Made by a program: the position numbers and the translations under genes
From: Octopus vulgaris
Lineage: Eukaryota
NCBI GenBank assembly: GCA_951406725.2
Contig: OX597828.1
Location: 61,876,001 to 61,940,000, forward strand
Reading direction: 5' to 3'
Length of the DNA: 64,000 nt
Part shown: piece by piece, positions 28,511-42,589 of the stretch
Position numbering within the stretch: position 1 is the first letter of the stretch
Layout: the number at the start of each line of letters is the position of its first letter
The notes under the pieces: generated by a model
What the model saw: only the letters and a program-made list of their open reading frames with translations
The model's database searches: none
What the model was told of the DNA's origin: nothing

Positions 28511-30796
28511 GTAGGCGTAGGAGTAGGAGTAGTTGTGTGATAAGTAGCTTGCGTGTTTGTTTTGAGTGCGTGGTTTTTTGTCACGCTCCTAAGTCACGTC
28601 GTTCGACGTTGAAATATTGGAAAGTTGAAGCACGACTACGGGTAAGGCGTTTGGTTTTGGGGGGCCTCAGTAGAGTCTGTTCTTTGTATTAATAATTTGT
28701 GTCGAACAAGGGTCTCCACTGGGTTCCAGACATTTGTCTGCCTGTGGTCGTGCGAAAAAACTCACTCTGTAGTGAGAATTGTGTTTTTGCGGGGAGGCGT
28801 ATACCTCCGGAAAAATTATTGTGAAAATTGTCTTCTTTTGACTGTATTCGTGCCCTGGATATACCATTGGATTTACGGAGGCGGCCAGAGTTGGATGAAA
28901 GTAGAATATCTTGTGCTGCAACGGATTATTAACGTTCACGTGGATTACCAGAGTAGCAAAATTGTGCCATTCGAACTGTCTTGTGCCATTCGAACTGTCT
29001 TCCTTCATTTCAACTTAATGTGGGCCGTCTAATCCGAAACTCTATTTTCCAGAAACCCCTCCCTACTTCATCTTTCCAAATATTTTGCCTATATATTTTT
29101 TGCAATCGTAATCTACACCGATTGAAGAGTATTTGTATAAAATTTCATTTAAAAATACCTGTTTTCCAGAAAATTATGAGGGGGAAACGTGGAGTCGTGT
29201 AAATTTTCTGAAACTCCTCTCCCCTCCATTCGGAAAAGTTTTTCCAACAAATCTTTATATACACTCAATCTACACGATATAAACGATTACTTGGTGAAAG
29301 CTTCGCCAAAACGTGTCCATTTTTCTGGAAGTTATGAGACAACACAATCGGTGGGGTATTAAACTCTAGTTATATCTTTTTTCAATAAAAGTTGATGTTA
29401 ACGGATTAACGTTAACTTCCGCTGCATTTTTTCAAAGAATTAACGGATTAACAAAATTAACTTTTCAATTAACGGCGCCCACATCTGTGTGTGTGTATGT
29501 GTGTGTGTGTGTGTAGATACACACACACACATATATAATTGTGTATATTTATATATGTATATATTTATGTTTATATATGTATATAGGCATAGGAGCGGCT
29601 GTGTGGTAAGTAGCTTGCTTACGAACCACAAGGTTCCGGGTTCAGTCCCATTGTGTGGCACCTTAGGCAAGTGTCTTCTACTATAGCATCGGGCCGACCA
29701 AAGCCTTGAGAGTGGATTTGGTAGATGGAATTTGAAAGAAGCCCATCGTATATGCAGATTTCATTCCGTATAGCAAAGTCTTATATTTCTGCATATACAT
29801 TAGGAAAAACCTTCGACTTTGTTTATTTCATGTTATTGTATTGTATAGGATTACCTTGATTTTTAATTTATAGATGATCCAAAATAGAGTGTTATATTTT
29901 ATTTTATATGTCTTTCGTATATATTTTTTATTATTGCACTCATTTTTTTTTTAAAAAAGCAATGTTGTCAAAAATTAGAATTTTGATATAAGTATGTGTA
30001 TAGCCATGGATATGTTTTTGTAAGCATGCGTATCTGTGTATGTGTAAGTGAGCGTATGTTTGTGCTTAAGCACACATATACACGACTGTATGTGTATGTA
30101 TCCATTCGAACTTGTGTATTTGTATACTTGTCTCCATATATGTCAATAATGCGGTTACACAGCTTGTATACATAATTTTTCTTATTTCGTTTTTTTCCCC
30201 ATCCCTTCTTTTTCTTTTTTCCTTCCCCCTTCCTCGTTCCTTTTTCTCTCTCTTCCTTTCTTTCGTTTTTTTTCTCTAACTGATACTGATGCAACTTTAC
30301 GTCCCCCTTACTTAAGCTTTACTCAGTATATGAGAATCGCTACATCGATGATTTTAACTTGCGTGCGAGATAGATTGCGTGCATATATGTACGCATGCAT
30401 TTATGTGTATATTTTAGATTTATATTTATACGTCTGTATATGTATGGCGTTTGCACGCATCCTTCTGTGTATGTTGATATATATATGTACACTTTAATAT
30501 AAATATGTATTGCAGTGTAATATTTATAATAGGTTTTAATTTCTATGCATTAATTATACTTTCTTCATTAACGTCAATATGTATTTTATTCAATGTAAGG
30601 TTTTTTCCTCGAATTTTATAATTTTTATAATTTTTTATATATATATATATACATATATTTTTGAGCTTTTTTTGTTTATCACTCGAAGATTGACCATTAT
30701 TTCTAAAGGGCCAATCAAACATGTCCATTTTTTTAAAGGTGTAGCATTTGTAAGAGTCTAGATTGAATTGATATATCGGTTCCATTCTAGCAAAAA

Positions 30797-30834
30797 CTGT
30801 CTGATGAACGGCAACGAGAAACTCAGAGTAACAG
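30797..30834 (+). ncRNA. Minimal type I hammerhead (degenerate stem II)
   Basis: ctgt CTGATGA acggcaacga GAAA ctcagag TA acag. Stem I ctgt/acag, stem III Actc-a-gagT, GUA site. Confidence 0.7.
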
Positions 30835-31676
30835 ATTTTGTTGAATTTTCTGCTGCTTTAAATAAAGCATATTACTCTACCACTGGTATTTGAGTACTCT
30901 TTTTTCCACCTTGTTTCACATTTACATGTGTGTGTATGTATGTATGTATGTATGTATGTATGTATGTATGTATGTATGTATGTATGTATGTGTGTATGTA
31001 TGTATGTATGTATGTATGTATGTATGTATGTGTGCATGTTGGTGTGTCTGTGTTTGTCCCCCCAACATCGCTTGACAACTGATACTGGTGTGTTTACATC
31101 CTCGTAATGTAACGGTTCGGCGCAAGAGACCGATAGAATAAGTACTAGGCTTACAAAGAATAAATCCTGGGGTCGATATGTTCGACTAAAAGGCGGTGCT
31201 CCAGCATGGCCGCAGACTGAAACAAGTAAAAGAGTGAAATAGATACATACATATATGTGTGTGTGCGTGTGAGTGAGTTCCTGTGTGTATGTGTGTGTGT
31301 GTTATAAATTAGAGCAAACACCTAACGGTTGTCATTATAGTACTCAGAGTTTCGAATGTCAGCGAAAAGATGCGATACATTCTCGTCGACTATTAATGGC
31401 AACAGATGCTACGTAAAAACGTTAGATATACGGGAAGCAACTCTAATAGATGGTAAAAGAAAAAAGATAAAAATCTATGAATAAAAAATATATAACGAAA
31501 TATATAAAAATATACACACAATCATATTCTCATGAAAAATAAATTACGTAGACATAAACCACCTGCGTTCACAACGTTTACATACGTACACATGCACACA
31601 AGCATGTATACGTACATACACACACACAAACGTATATGTATATACATATATACAGACTCGCACACACGTACATATA

Positions 31677-31731
<55 letters not shown>

Positions 31732-32099
31732 GCAACCTCATCTTCATATATACATAGTTGCTTACATTCATACACGTAACATAATACATATATATTTAGA
31801 CATTTTTATACTTATAAATATACGTGTATATATATATATATATATGTTGCTTATTTTGATTATATATATATATACAGACATAAATTCGCACTCCTGCATA
31901 CACACACACACATACACCCGCATATATACAAACATATGCATATTCATATAAGTGACGGGAGCTTGTGCACATGGAAATCATACATATGCACCGGACACAG
32001 TCTTACACTCATATGCATACATATACATACATACATATAAAAACCGTTGAAAAACCAGAAGACGTGTGGTTAGAACCTCCTGGAAAGAAACCATAACTA

Positions 32100-33865
32100 G
32101 TGTCATTCCACAGTTGAATCGAAACAGCCATGAAAAGAGATAGGCGTGAAGAACCCAAAGATTAAGTGGCCGAAGGTAAATGATGCAGCGAGCTATAAGA
32201 AATTCGACGACGAGGTAGCAAGAATGACCACCAAATTCAAAGGGCTGACAAACTTGAGAACTTTGCTAATTTAATCTATCAGGAAGGAGAGAAAAGATTT
32301 GGACTTGAAACAACAGGAAATGAAGAATCATCGGCAAAGGGCAGATCACCGAGGAGAGAAAGACGGGTCGCAAAAGTACGAGAAGAGAAGAAAAAATCTC
32401 AGAACCAGATGGAGGGATGCAAAGGAGAAGCAAAGAGAAGGGTTAAAATAGCTATATGAAGAGATAAAAAAGAGGCGTCGAGAACAACTAAGAAAGGACA
32501 GAAGGAAGAACAACTAAGGAAGAACAGAAGAAAGGAGAGAGAAAAGAATTATCGTATTTTTGTAAACAACCCGTACCAATATGCGAAATGTTTGTTTACT
32601 GAAGGTAAGAGTAGAAGATTGGATTGCACTAAAGAAGAGCTCGAATATCATCTTAAAGGGACACACAGCGACGCTGATAGAAATAAAGTACTCCCAGAAA
32701 TGCTCGGGCTGTAGAAACCACCCGAACCAAGAGTACCATTCGATTTAAGTGACATCAGACGGAAAGAAATGGATGAGTTCATTAGAAAAGCAAAAGCAAA
32801 AAGTTCAAAAAGGAACGACGGAGTGAGCTACAAGGTTTATAAGTATTGCCCGAAATTGCGTTTACAACTGATTGCACTGATAAAGGAAATGTGAAAGAAG
32901 AAAGACATAGCAGAGTGATGGTGCATAGATGAAGGTATCTATTTACCTAAAGAGAAGGGGGCAAAAACATTAGGACAATTCAGCCCCATTTCTCTTTTAA
33001 ATACAGATGGAAAAATCATGTTTGGAATTATTGCCAGGCAAATCATAAGATTCGTACAGCATAACGGATATGTTAATGAAGCAATCTAAAAGGCAGGGAT
33101 CCCTGGAATCTCTGAATGCATAGAACATGCATTTGCCATCTGGAAAGCTATCAACTGTGCAAAACAACTGAAAAAAACCCTGTACATTGTATGGCTAGAT
33201 CTGACAATGTATATGGATCTTTTCCACACGCGCTCATTCAAGCAGCTATGGACTTCTTTTGGATTCCAGATATTCAACGAATGCTCATGAGGATGAAATT
33301 TATCGCAGGAAAGTTCACGACGAAGTGGCAACGGCTTGAAGTAGGTATTGCAGCTGGATGCACGGTGTCAGTGATCTTATTTGTGCTAGTCATGGAGATG
33401 GTTCTAAGATCGATAAACTGTGAGAAATCTCTTACAAAAACACCATTAAGGCTTTTATGGATGACGTTACTGTATTACAGAAAGTAGAGAAGCAGCAGAT
33501 GGAACGTTAGAGCGGTTGGACAAACTAATAGGATGGGCGAGAAGGAAATTCAAAGCCAAAAAATCTCGAAGCATGGCTTTCGTGAAAGGAGTCCAAAAAG
33601 AAATGAAATTCGGGATAGGAAGTGAAGATATACCAACGGTGAAAGAACAACCAGTAAAGAGTCTCGGCAGAGGGTATAAAGATTTATTAAATGATAAGAA
33701 TCAAAGCAAAGAAACAGGCGATTTAGTGGAACAGGGACTAACGGCAATTGACAGAACAACATTACCAGGGAAATTCAAATGTTGGATATTGCAATTTGGA
33801 TGGTACCCAAAGATGGTGCGACCATTTCAAATGAAATAGCCTCAAGTAGAGTAGAAAGGATATCA
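32100..33865 (+). mobile_element. HERO-like (RLE-group) non-LTR retrotransposon RT fragment
   Basis: FVNNPYQYAK, DGVSYKVYKYCPKL, EGIYLPKE..QFSPISLLN.DGKI, AGIPGISECIEH, VWLDL..YGSFPH, GIAAGCTVSVILF, AFMDDVT, KFKAKKSRS, PVKSLGR, LPGKFKCW; many stops. Confidence 0.85.
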
Positions 33866-33879
33866 TTAATTTGATACAA

Positions 33880-34130
33880 GTTGCTTTTCACACGATGTAT
33901 TGAATTGTTTCTATTTTTTATTTTCATATATAACATATAAACGTTAATTATTCATTGTTTTTCAGAAGTGAAAAAATTGCATTACAAGCCATTTAACGCA
34001 ACCTATGGGGGAAAGGCTGAGAGCACGGGCAGCGGCAGAATGAATTGATGGTGTGGGAGGCTCGGGAACTGACAACGAGCTGTGGTACACTAAACTAGTT
34101 CAGACGTTTCAAAGAAGGTAACACCAGTAG
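33880..34130 (+). pseudogene. Short degenerate mariner 5' fragment
   Basis: FRRFKEGNTS motif typical of the mariner HTH region at about 34099-34130. Confidence 0.45.
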
Positions 34131-34139
34131 CAATGGATT

Positions 34140-34153
34140 CTATCTATCTATCA

Positions 34154-34224
<71 letters not shown>

Positions 34225-34248
34225 CATATTTTTGTTATATATATATAT

Positions 34249-34335
<87 letters not shown>
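34140..34335. repeat. (CTAT)n and (ATAG)n arrays in inverted orientation
   Basis: Direct reading; the two arrays are complementary. Confidence 0.9.
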
Positions 34336-34481
34336 CATTCAAGGCATTGGCCAGTTCAGAGTGAATAAAATATTTAACCCATAATCGTGAGTGCCACTGG
34401 TGAAACAGAATATATATTGTCAGATAAACGATTATGAATTAAATTATTTTACATGGAAATGTACACGCACGCGCACGCACA

Positions 34482-34524
<43 letters not shown>

Positions 34525-34709
34525 CCACACATATATATTTGTATATAAATCCTAGCCGTCACTCGCAAGTGAGATGACTTGGTGACATGTACCAGGCTTT
34601 AGTCAAGTATTTTAACTACTACGATATAGATACTGTCTTGGCCTTGTCCAGTAGAACACTGAAGGTGTGTCAGATGGTGCATGTGTATGTGTTTGTGTGT
34701 TTGTGTGTG

Positions 34710-34750
<41 letters not shown>

Positions 34751-36973
34751 TGCACCAGCAGTCGGCGGACACTTATTTTCAGTTGGGTAGACTGAAGCTA
34801 CGTGTCATGAAGCGCAATGGTCAAGGACACACACTCTACCTGATCCAAGAATCGAATCCACTCCCTTACAATCGTGAACCCAATATGCTAACCACAAGAC
34901 TTCGTGTCTGTGTGTCTGTGTGTGTTTGTGTGTGTGTGCACGCGGACGTGCATATATATTCCTATATGCACACACACACACACACGCACACACTCACATA
35001 GAAATATTCGAGTCTTTTCTGCGTGTTTCACCAAAAAGTTCTCCCTTCATGTGGCTGCACTGAAGCTAAGATCTTTAAACTTTAAGGCTAAAATTTCTGA
35101 TAATTTTTTTTCTAATTATTCTTTCCTTTCAATAAAATAATAATAATGAATCCTAATTTGGTTTTTAGATACATTTATCTTCCTGAATGTCAGCTTTCTT
35201 CTGTATCAGTGTTTTTGTTTGCGTCGCTGAGCTGCCAAAAGATAGTTGAATTAATATTCTTTGGCTATTAATGGACAGGAAATATCAGTTAACCTTTATC
35301 TAATTGTATTAAGATTCTTAAAGCAAAATAATATAATTTGTTATGGTTATTCAGCCCCAGGTAGGACTTTATTCAGTAGATCAGAGGTATTCTTGCCATG
35401 ACTTCTCCATCTTTTTAGAGACATCTCAAACTGAAATATTCTTCCCAGTTTTATTAATCATTTTGGAATTCGAAGTATATTATGTTTCTATTTCTACCAC
35501 TTTGAGCGAATAGGTGAGGCATCTTAATCTGGCCCTGTCCAGTTTGTTGACTGCCGCTGAAACCTTGAACAGAAGAGATGAGCTGAGATTCGAAACTGTT
35601 TCTCCAAATTTAACTTCATTGACAGCTACTCTAAGGTATTTGCATGTACCAGTTAACAACCAGACACTTGTAATTAATTGCCTTCTTCGCAAATCTTACC
35701 TGTTACATCCGTCACAGTTATTACCTATTTACCGCTTTCACAGGTGTTATCTCCTTCCTTAATATAACTAGTTACTTCTTTCAAATGTGTTACTAATCAC
35801 CTCCTTCACCTACGTTACTAGTCCCTTCTTCATTGATGTTATTAATTACTGTCAGGGGTGGCAAACTGACAGAATTGTTAGAGCGTCGTAAAAAAATTCT
35901 TTGCGATATTTGATCCAGTTTTTATGTTCTAAATCAAATGCGAGGTCAACTTTGCTCTGCATCCAAGGTCGATGAAATATAGTAAGAGTTAAGTACAGAA
36001 TGCCATACAGTCGCCTATTCCCTTTGTGCCTATATTAGAAACACATGCCACCCAATGATATTACGACTTCCAGAAATCCTGAAGTTAAGTTTGCTGTTGT
36101 TTAACCCTGGGACATCCCTGATTCAGCCCCTGATTCAGCAAACCTATGTTTAATGGCATTCCAACCATGATTATACCGTTTTATATACGACACATTGTAC
36201 ATCTACCACCATATTATCCTATGTGTGCTGTCTTGTTTAAAATTGTAGAGCGGCATAAGAGAGACCTGTCACGTAAAAGTTCCATTCTTGGCCCGTGTAT
36301 TTATTACAGCATTCAACCGCAAGTACCCGTAAGTCTTCACTGAATCGCTGCCCTTTTGTTTATTGTTAATACTACACCACTCTGTACTACTCAAATGCAA
36401 TTAATATTGCCCGCTATAATTACGTGTTCTGGATTGTATCAAAAAGGTAAACTGTGAAGGCCAGGCAAGCCATGCACCAATGAAACACAGAATCATTGGT
36501 CTCTAATACCATATCGACATTGTCTAGTGATGTTATCTAGCTCCAAGGCAATTCTGATCAATCAGACCTATTGTGGCAAGTTTCAAGTCTCTATCTGGCT
36601 AAAGTTATTTTATTCTAGGTGAATAATATATACAGAGACAGACACACAAGCCGTGTGGTCAGAGTTGTTTGGCGAGTTACCCTGCTCATGGACATTTCGT
36701 CCCTTGAAATTCTGAATTAAGCCTTAAGACTTTTATTTTCTGCGTTTATGGATTGCATATTGAAGAGAATGGTATTATGGGACTTCTATCTACACACAGA
36801 CATTATGGATTACTACAAAGGATTTTACCACGGATTTATATTATTTCTTTAAACTTTTTAGCCCAAGTTTGTACCAATGTACATCTATGCCAGTAACTTA
36901 TTTTAAACATCTTTATTATACGTTTTTAAATAGCATCTCTCTCATTCGAGTGACTACACGGACATTCATCCTT

Positions 36974-37062
36974 TCTCTGACGAACGAATGTATTACCTAA
37001 TAATGATTATCAATTTTGGATTTCATTTCGAACGGTAATACATTCATGAAACGATCGTAAGA
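36974..37062 (+). ncRNA. Type I hammerhead with extended stem II
   Basis: tct CTGACGA ac-gaatgtattacc [loop] ggtaatacattc-at GAAA cgatcg TA aga. 12-bp perfect stem II, palindromic stem III ACGATCGT, GUA site. Confidence 0.8.
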
Positions 37063-37235
37063 TATCTCAAACCTTTTAAATAATCATACTCTATATATTT
37101 ATCTATTAATACAATATTATTTTGGACGTATATCTTCTGTGAATTTTTCATGTCATTTTTCCTGCCCTTTATGATATGTGTGTGTGTGTGCGTGCGCGCG
37201 CGTGTGTGTATGTGTATATATATACATATATATAG

Positions 37236-37358
<123 letters not shown>

Positions 37359-37589
37359 GTATATATATATATATCTGATATCTGCAACAATATATTGTAT
37401 ATAAAGGGTGCAGTGTCCCACCGATAACCAGCTAGTGGAGAGTCTGCCTGAGGTTAAACGAGTAGTAACTGTCAACAGCCACTTTTATGTGGTGACTTTA
37501 CTATATATATATTGGTTTTGGTGTTGATGATAGATCGGAGTGTCAGTAAAGACTGATCTCTCTCTCTCTTCTCTCTCTCTCTCTCTCCC

Positions 37590-37657
<68 letters not shown>

Positions 37658-38564
37658 GTATGTAAATGGCGAGAAGCAGCCATTTGGCTAAGAAGGAAGT
37701 GTAGCTTTTTCAATGTTAAGATTTATCAAAGTTTACGTACGAGCGAAATTGCAGGCCGAATCCGGAGTTTAGTGATCAAACTTTACAATTTCCGTAATCC
37801 CATAACCTGAGGTAGCCGCAACGCAGGGTTGCATTTGTGTGGTGGGGGCGCATGCGTGCATGTGTAAGCGTGTAAGTGTCTATGTGTGTGTGTGTATGTG
37901 TGTGCGTGTGCGGGCATGCGTGTGTGTGTGTGTGCGCGCGCGCGTGCGTATGTAATCAGAAGTGTATAGCCATATGTGGTTAGAGCTATTTACAATAAAT
38001 GAAATGAAAAAAATAATACAGAAAAAATCTTGTTGCGTTTATCCATTTCCATCAAGTTATTTATGACATAAATGAATTTTTAACGTTTCATACCAAGAAT
38101 TGGAACCGCTCTCCGTTCACAAGGAATTTATATTTATTTATATATGTGTTCTACACGTGTACTGTAGGTCTATAATTACATGTGTTTGGCAATGTGTGTT
38201 TATTAGTAATTTATCTTACTTAATTTTTGAAACTTGATATAGCATTACTTTGTGCTAAATAGCATTTTATTATTGAAATTTGAGCAGAGGATTAAAGAGA
38301 CGTGTGTATTTGTGTGAGTATATGTGAGAGTTTGCCAATGTGTGTGCATGTGTATTCAGAAAGTTCATGAAAGTGGACAAAGATGTAGATAGGGCGACAG
38401 CAGCTTTCATAACAGATGTAATAACTTGTACTGATCAACATGAAACTGAAAACAGGGTGGGCTGCGTTTCTATGCAAGATATGGTTAATGGCTGAAGGTG
38501 TTTTAAACATATGAGTAAAGCAAACGACCATGGAATTCAACAAATTATTGAGAGTTATACGGTT

Positions 38565-38601
<37 letters not shown>

Positions 38602-39555
38602 GCAGACAGATAGTGACAGATAGTGAGTGAGTAAAACAAGGAGAGAGCGTAGATAGTTGATAAACTTAGAGGGATAAAGCGATTTAGTAAGGAGTAAATG
38701 AGAGAGAGAGGGGGAGAAGTAAAGAGAGATAGAGGGGTATATATAAAGAAAGGGGAAGGAGGAAGGGTTGAAGATGAAGAAATGAAGAAATAAAGAAATC
38801 AGGATGAAAGGAAAGAAGAATGTGAGAATTAGCTTTGGAAAATAGACTGAAATTAGCAACGAAGCCCAAGAATGAGATTGCTAAGTATGTATGTATGTAT
38901 GTATGTATGTATGTATGTATGTATGTATGTTGGTAGATAGGTAAGTAGGTAGGTAGGTAGGTAGATAGGTCAGCAGGTGAGTAATAACCTACCTACCTAC
39001 TCGTAAATATTAGTGGCAAGATATAATCCGTTTCAATGTGTTACATGATCAGGTCATTTGTGATGAAACCAGCAAATAGATGAAGGTTGCTAGAAATCCA
39101 AGAGAAAAAAAAAGACCTGTGAAAAGGATGGCTCAACCTTGTAAAGGGTCATCAGTCGGCTAAGTATAGTCAGCGAGGGCATTACTGGTATAAGTGTATA
39201 CATAACGCTTCGGACCAAGAATTGAAAACTCGTTACAATAAAAAAAAAGCCTATAATTATATATATGATTGTGTAAATGAGTTTTCCTTAATAATTAATA
39301 GAAAGAGTGAAATCACAGGTAAGTGATGAGAAGACGTGTGATCTCAAGCCATTGTGAAAACAGCTAGTCAAAATGAGGATCAGCCAGAATAATATCGTGG
39401 TAGTTCAAGCTAATGGGTTCTTTGATCTGTGACTATTTGTAATGCCTGGTGATTTTAGTATTTGCTTTGATTATGGTGATTCTACATAAGATCGAATAAG
39501 GCAATGCGCTGCTCTGAAAGCCTTATATTCCTTTCATTATGAATGAGTGGGATAA

Positions 39556-40250
39556 AGCGGTAATCTGGCAGAATCGTTAGCACGGCAGGCAAAATGCTTA
39601 GCCGTATTTCGTCCATGGAGGCGCAATGGCCCAGTGGTTAGGGCCGCGGACTCGCGGTCGTAAGAACGCGGCTTCGATTCCCAGACCGGGCATTGTGAGT
39701 GTTTATTGAGCAAAGACACCTCAGCTCCACGAGGCTCCGACGGGGAGGGGTGGTGAAAAAAATAAATAAAAATAAAGGCGGCGAGCTGGCAGAAACGTTA
39801 GCACGCCGGACGAAATGCCTAGCGGTATTTCGGCTGCCGCTACGTTCTGAGTTCAAATTCCGCCGAGGTCGACTTTGCCTTTCATCCTTTCGAGGTCGAT
39901 TAAATAAGTACCAGTTACGCATTGGAGTCGATATAATCGACTTAATCCATTTGTCTGTCCTTGTTTGTCCTCTCTGTGTTTAGTCCCTTGTGGGTGGTAA
40001 AGAAATAGGTATTTCGTCCGTCTTTACATTCTGAGTTCAAATCCTGCCAAGGTCAACTTTGCCTTTCATCCTTAAGCGGCATTTCACCCGTCTTAACGTT
40101 CGAGGTTCAAATTCCTTTGAGGTCGACTTTGCCTTTCATCCCTTCAGGGTCGATAAAATAAGTACCACTTGAACACTGGAGTCGATGTAATCAACTTATC
40201 CCCAAACTCCGAAACTGGAGACCTAGTGCCACAATTTGAAATCATTGTTA
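39556..40250 (+). mobile_element. Nested SINE complex (old MetaSINE interrupted by a tRNA-SINE head plus a young MetaSINE)
   Basis: GTATTTCGTCC duplicated at 39604-39614 and 40009-40019; the interrupted SINE resumes after 40019. Confidence 0.8.
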
Positions 40251-40464
40251 GTCAAATGAGCCGACCCCAGCGCTAAATTTTTTGGTAAGCCTGGTACTTA
40301 TTCTATCGAAGTCTTTTGCCGAACCGTTAAGTTATGGGGACGCAAACACACCAACACTGGTTGTCAATCGGTGGTGGTAGACAAACACAAACGAACACAC
40401 GCACACACACAATATATTTGCATATATATATATATATAGTGTGTGTGTGTGTGTGTGTTCGTAT

Positions 40465-40504
<40 letters not shown>

Positions 40505-40950
40505 ACACATGATGGGAATCATTCAGTTTCCGTCAACCCAAATGTCACACACGGACTGAAGCTTGTGGCTGGGAAGCAGGCTTCGCGCCATACGGCCATG
40601 CTTGCGCCTAATTAACGTTCTCGTGGGGAAAGGAATCCAGGCCACCTGGAGTCCTAACAAAAAAAAATACACATTCAGATGATATGTTTATGAAATTTGA
40701 ATAATTTGCAAACTTTTTTGAAAATATATAGGCATTGCTAATTTGGTGATCCTTGACATTAAGACGTCACTTTCACTTACGTCATTCAGTATTTAGTACA
40801 ATTTTGTGCGATTGTCAGTGATAGATTATTTTTTATTGTTTTCTGGAGTAGTGCCAACAGCCAATTTACTTGTCATAGTCTTGAAATATTTGGTGTACTT
40901 GTAAATTTGATGTTGTTATTTGACACACGCACACACACACACACACACAC

Positions 40951-41019
<69 letters not shown>

Positions 41020-41023
<4 letters not shown>

Positions 41024-41160
41024 ATCCAAACATGAACAAAGAGGAAACACAACAACGCAAGGACGTGGAACAAGTATAGAGTTATTAGACACTCAGGAAA
41101 GGAAAGAAAGAAGATTTAATGTTTCGAGCGAAGCACTTCGTCAGAAACATAGAAAAAGGA
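41020..41160 (-). mobile_element. PLE-type terminal repeat with degenerate minimal HHR
   Basis: Minus strand ttt CTGACGA agtgcttcgctc GAAA cattaaa plus pyrimidine-rich tail ending in (TA)n; related half-copy at about 5660-5755. Confidence 0.6.
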
Positions 41161-41164
41161 AAGG

Positions 41165-42134
41165 TATTTTGGCCAGAGTTCTTTCGTCACACTTCTGTGA
41201 CCTCGGCGGTGGTCCTTTGCTTTCTTCTTTCTTTTTAGTGTCTCTCCTTACTAAAGATCTGCCATTTTGTATTCCTATTGTATGTATCAAATCTCTAATT
41301 GGTAGAACCTACCCTTTTAGTAGAACCCCCTGTACTGATAGGCACTGTATTGTATATAGCTTTAGCCCAAAGACAAACTGTAAAACTAGGAATGTAGTCT
41401 ATAGTATAAGATGTACAGAGGGACGGTGCAGTAACAAGACAACGACGTACATAGGGGAGACAGCACGGAGCACAGGGGAGCGGGTGAATAAGCATTGGAG
41501 GGAACTTAAAGAAGAGAAGAGCTCATCGGTACTATACCAGCACGCCGAGCAGGAACACGGGGGCTCACTCAACAACATAGAAGTTAAAATCTTGTCCACG
41601 CATAGAACAGACGCAACACTTACACAAATTACGGAAGTTACACACATAATAGAATATAAACCTTGCCTGAATAGGAAACTAGAATGGAACACTAGCACTC
41701 CAACACACACACCACAACCTATGACAGAATAAGATCCCCATAAACTGACAATAATGTGAAAATAATACAACAGACAGATAAATAAATGGAATTAAATAAC
41801 TATATACATAAAGAAAATAAATTAAGTTGAATTAATACACAAAAGAAAGAAAATAAAAGGTAAGTAGATATAAAGAAATGGATAAAATAAATAAACGTAA
41901 ATTAAACGAACGGGTATAAACTGGGGATACTGATAATGCAGGCACATCCCCCCACACACACACACTTACTAAACATAGACACAAACAGGGATATACGCAT
42001 GCGCAAATACAATAGGATTACAGGATTACAAAATGGCAGATCGTTAGTAAGGAGAGACACACAAAAAAGAAAGAAGAAAGCAAAGGACCACTGATGAGGT
42101 CACAGAAGTGTGACGAAAGAACTCTGTCCGAAAT
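41165..42134 (+). mobile_element. 5'-truncated Penelope-like element: GIY-YIG endonuclease between inverted terminal repeats
   Basis: CKTRNVVYSIRC...TYIGETARSTGERVNKH...LYQHAEQEH...ITEV..I...KPCLNRKLEW (41370-41732); inverted repeats 41165-41283 / 42007-42134. Confidence 0.92.
42088..42127 (+). ncRNA. Minimal type I hammerhead in the PLE 3' repeat
   Basis: cca CTGATGA g gtcac-agaagt-gtgac GAAA gaac TC tg(t); the inverted copy at 41173-41212 has the full stem I (tgg) but core CCGCCGA. Confidence 0.75.
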
Positions 42135-42294
42135 AAAATTAACATAAAATAAAGCTCAAGCAAGTGAACACCAAATATATAGTGCGTGAGTTTTCATTGA
42201 CTACACTGGCAACATGACCATCCCCAACTACAACAACATCTATTTCAACACACGAATTCACATCAAGAATCATTGCAAAACGAATATATAAACG

Positions 42295-42343
<49 letters not shown>

Positions 42344-42589
42344 GTATGTATGTATGTATGTATATGTATATGTATATATACTTCCTCGTCGCCCGCCAAT
42401 CCTCTCCTGCGATAAATGCTCCCCCGGTTCTTCGATACCGCCATTGGCTTGAAAAGCCACCTAAGGCACTGGCAGCTTTTGTACCTATCGGGACGATCAC
42501 TCGCTACAGATTACATACTCGGATACGAGTGAATGCAGACGACGATATATTGATGAACACATACGCACACGTAGACACACACACATAGA

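Noticed and set aside
39120-39165. CTGATGA motifs on the minus strand here and near 59980
   Set aside because: No properly placed GAAA or closing stems; not called as hammerheads.
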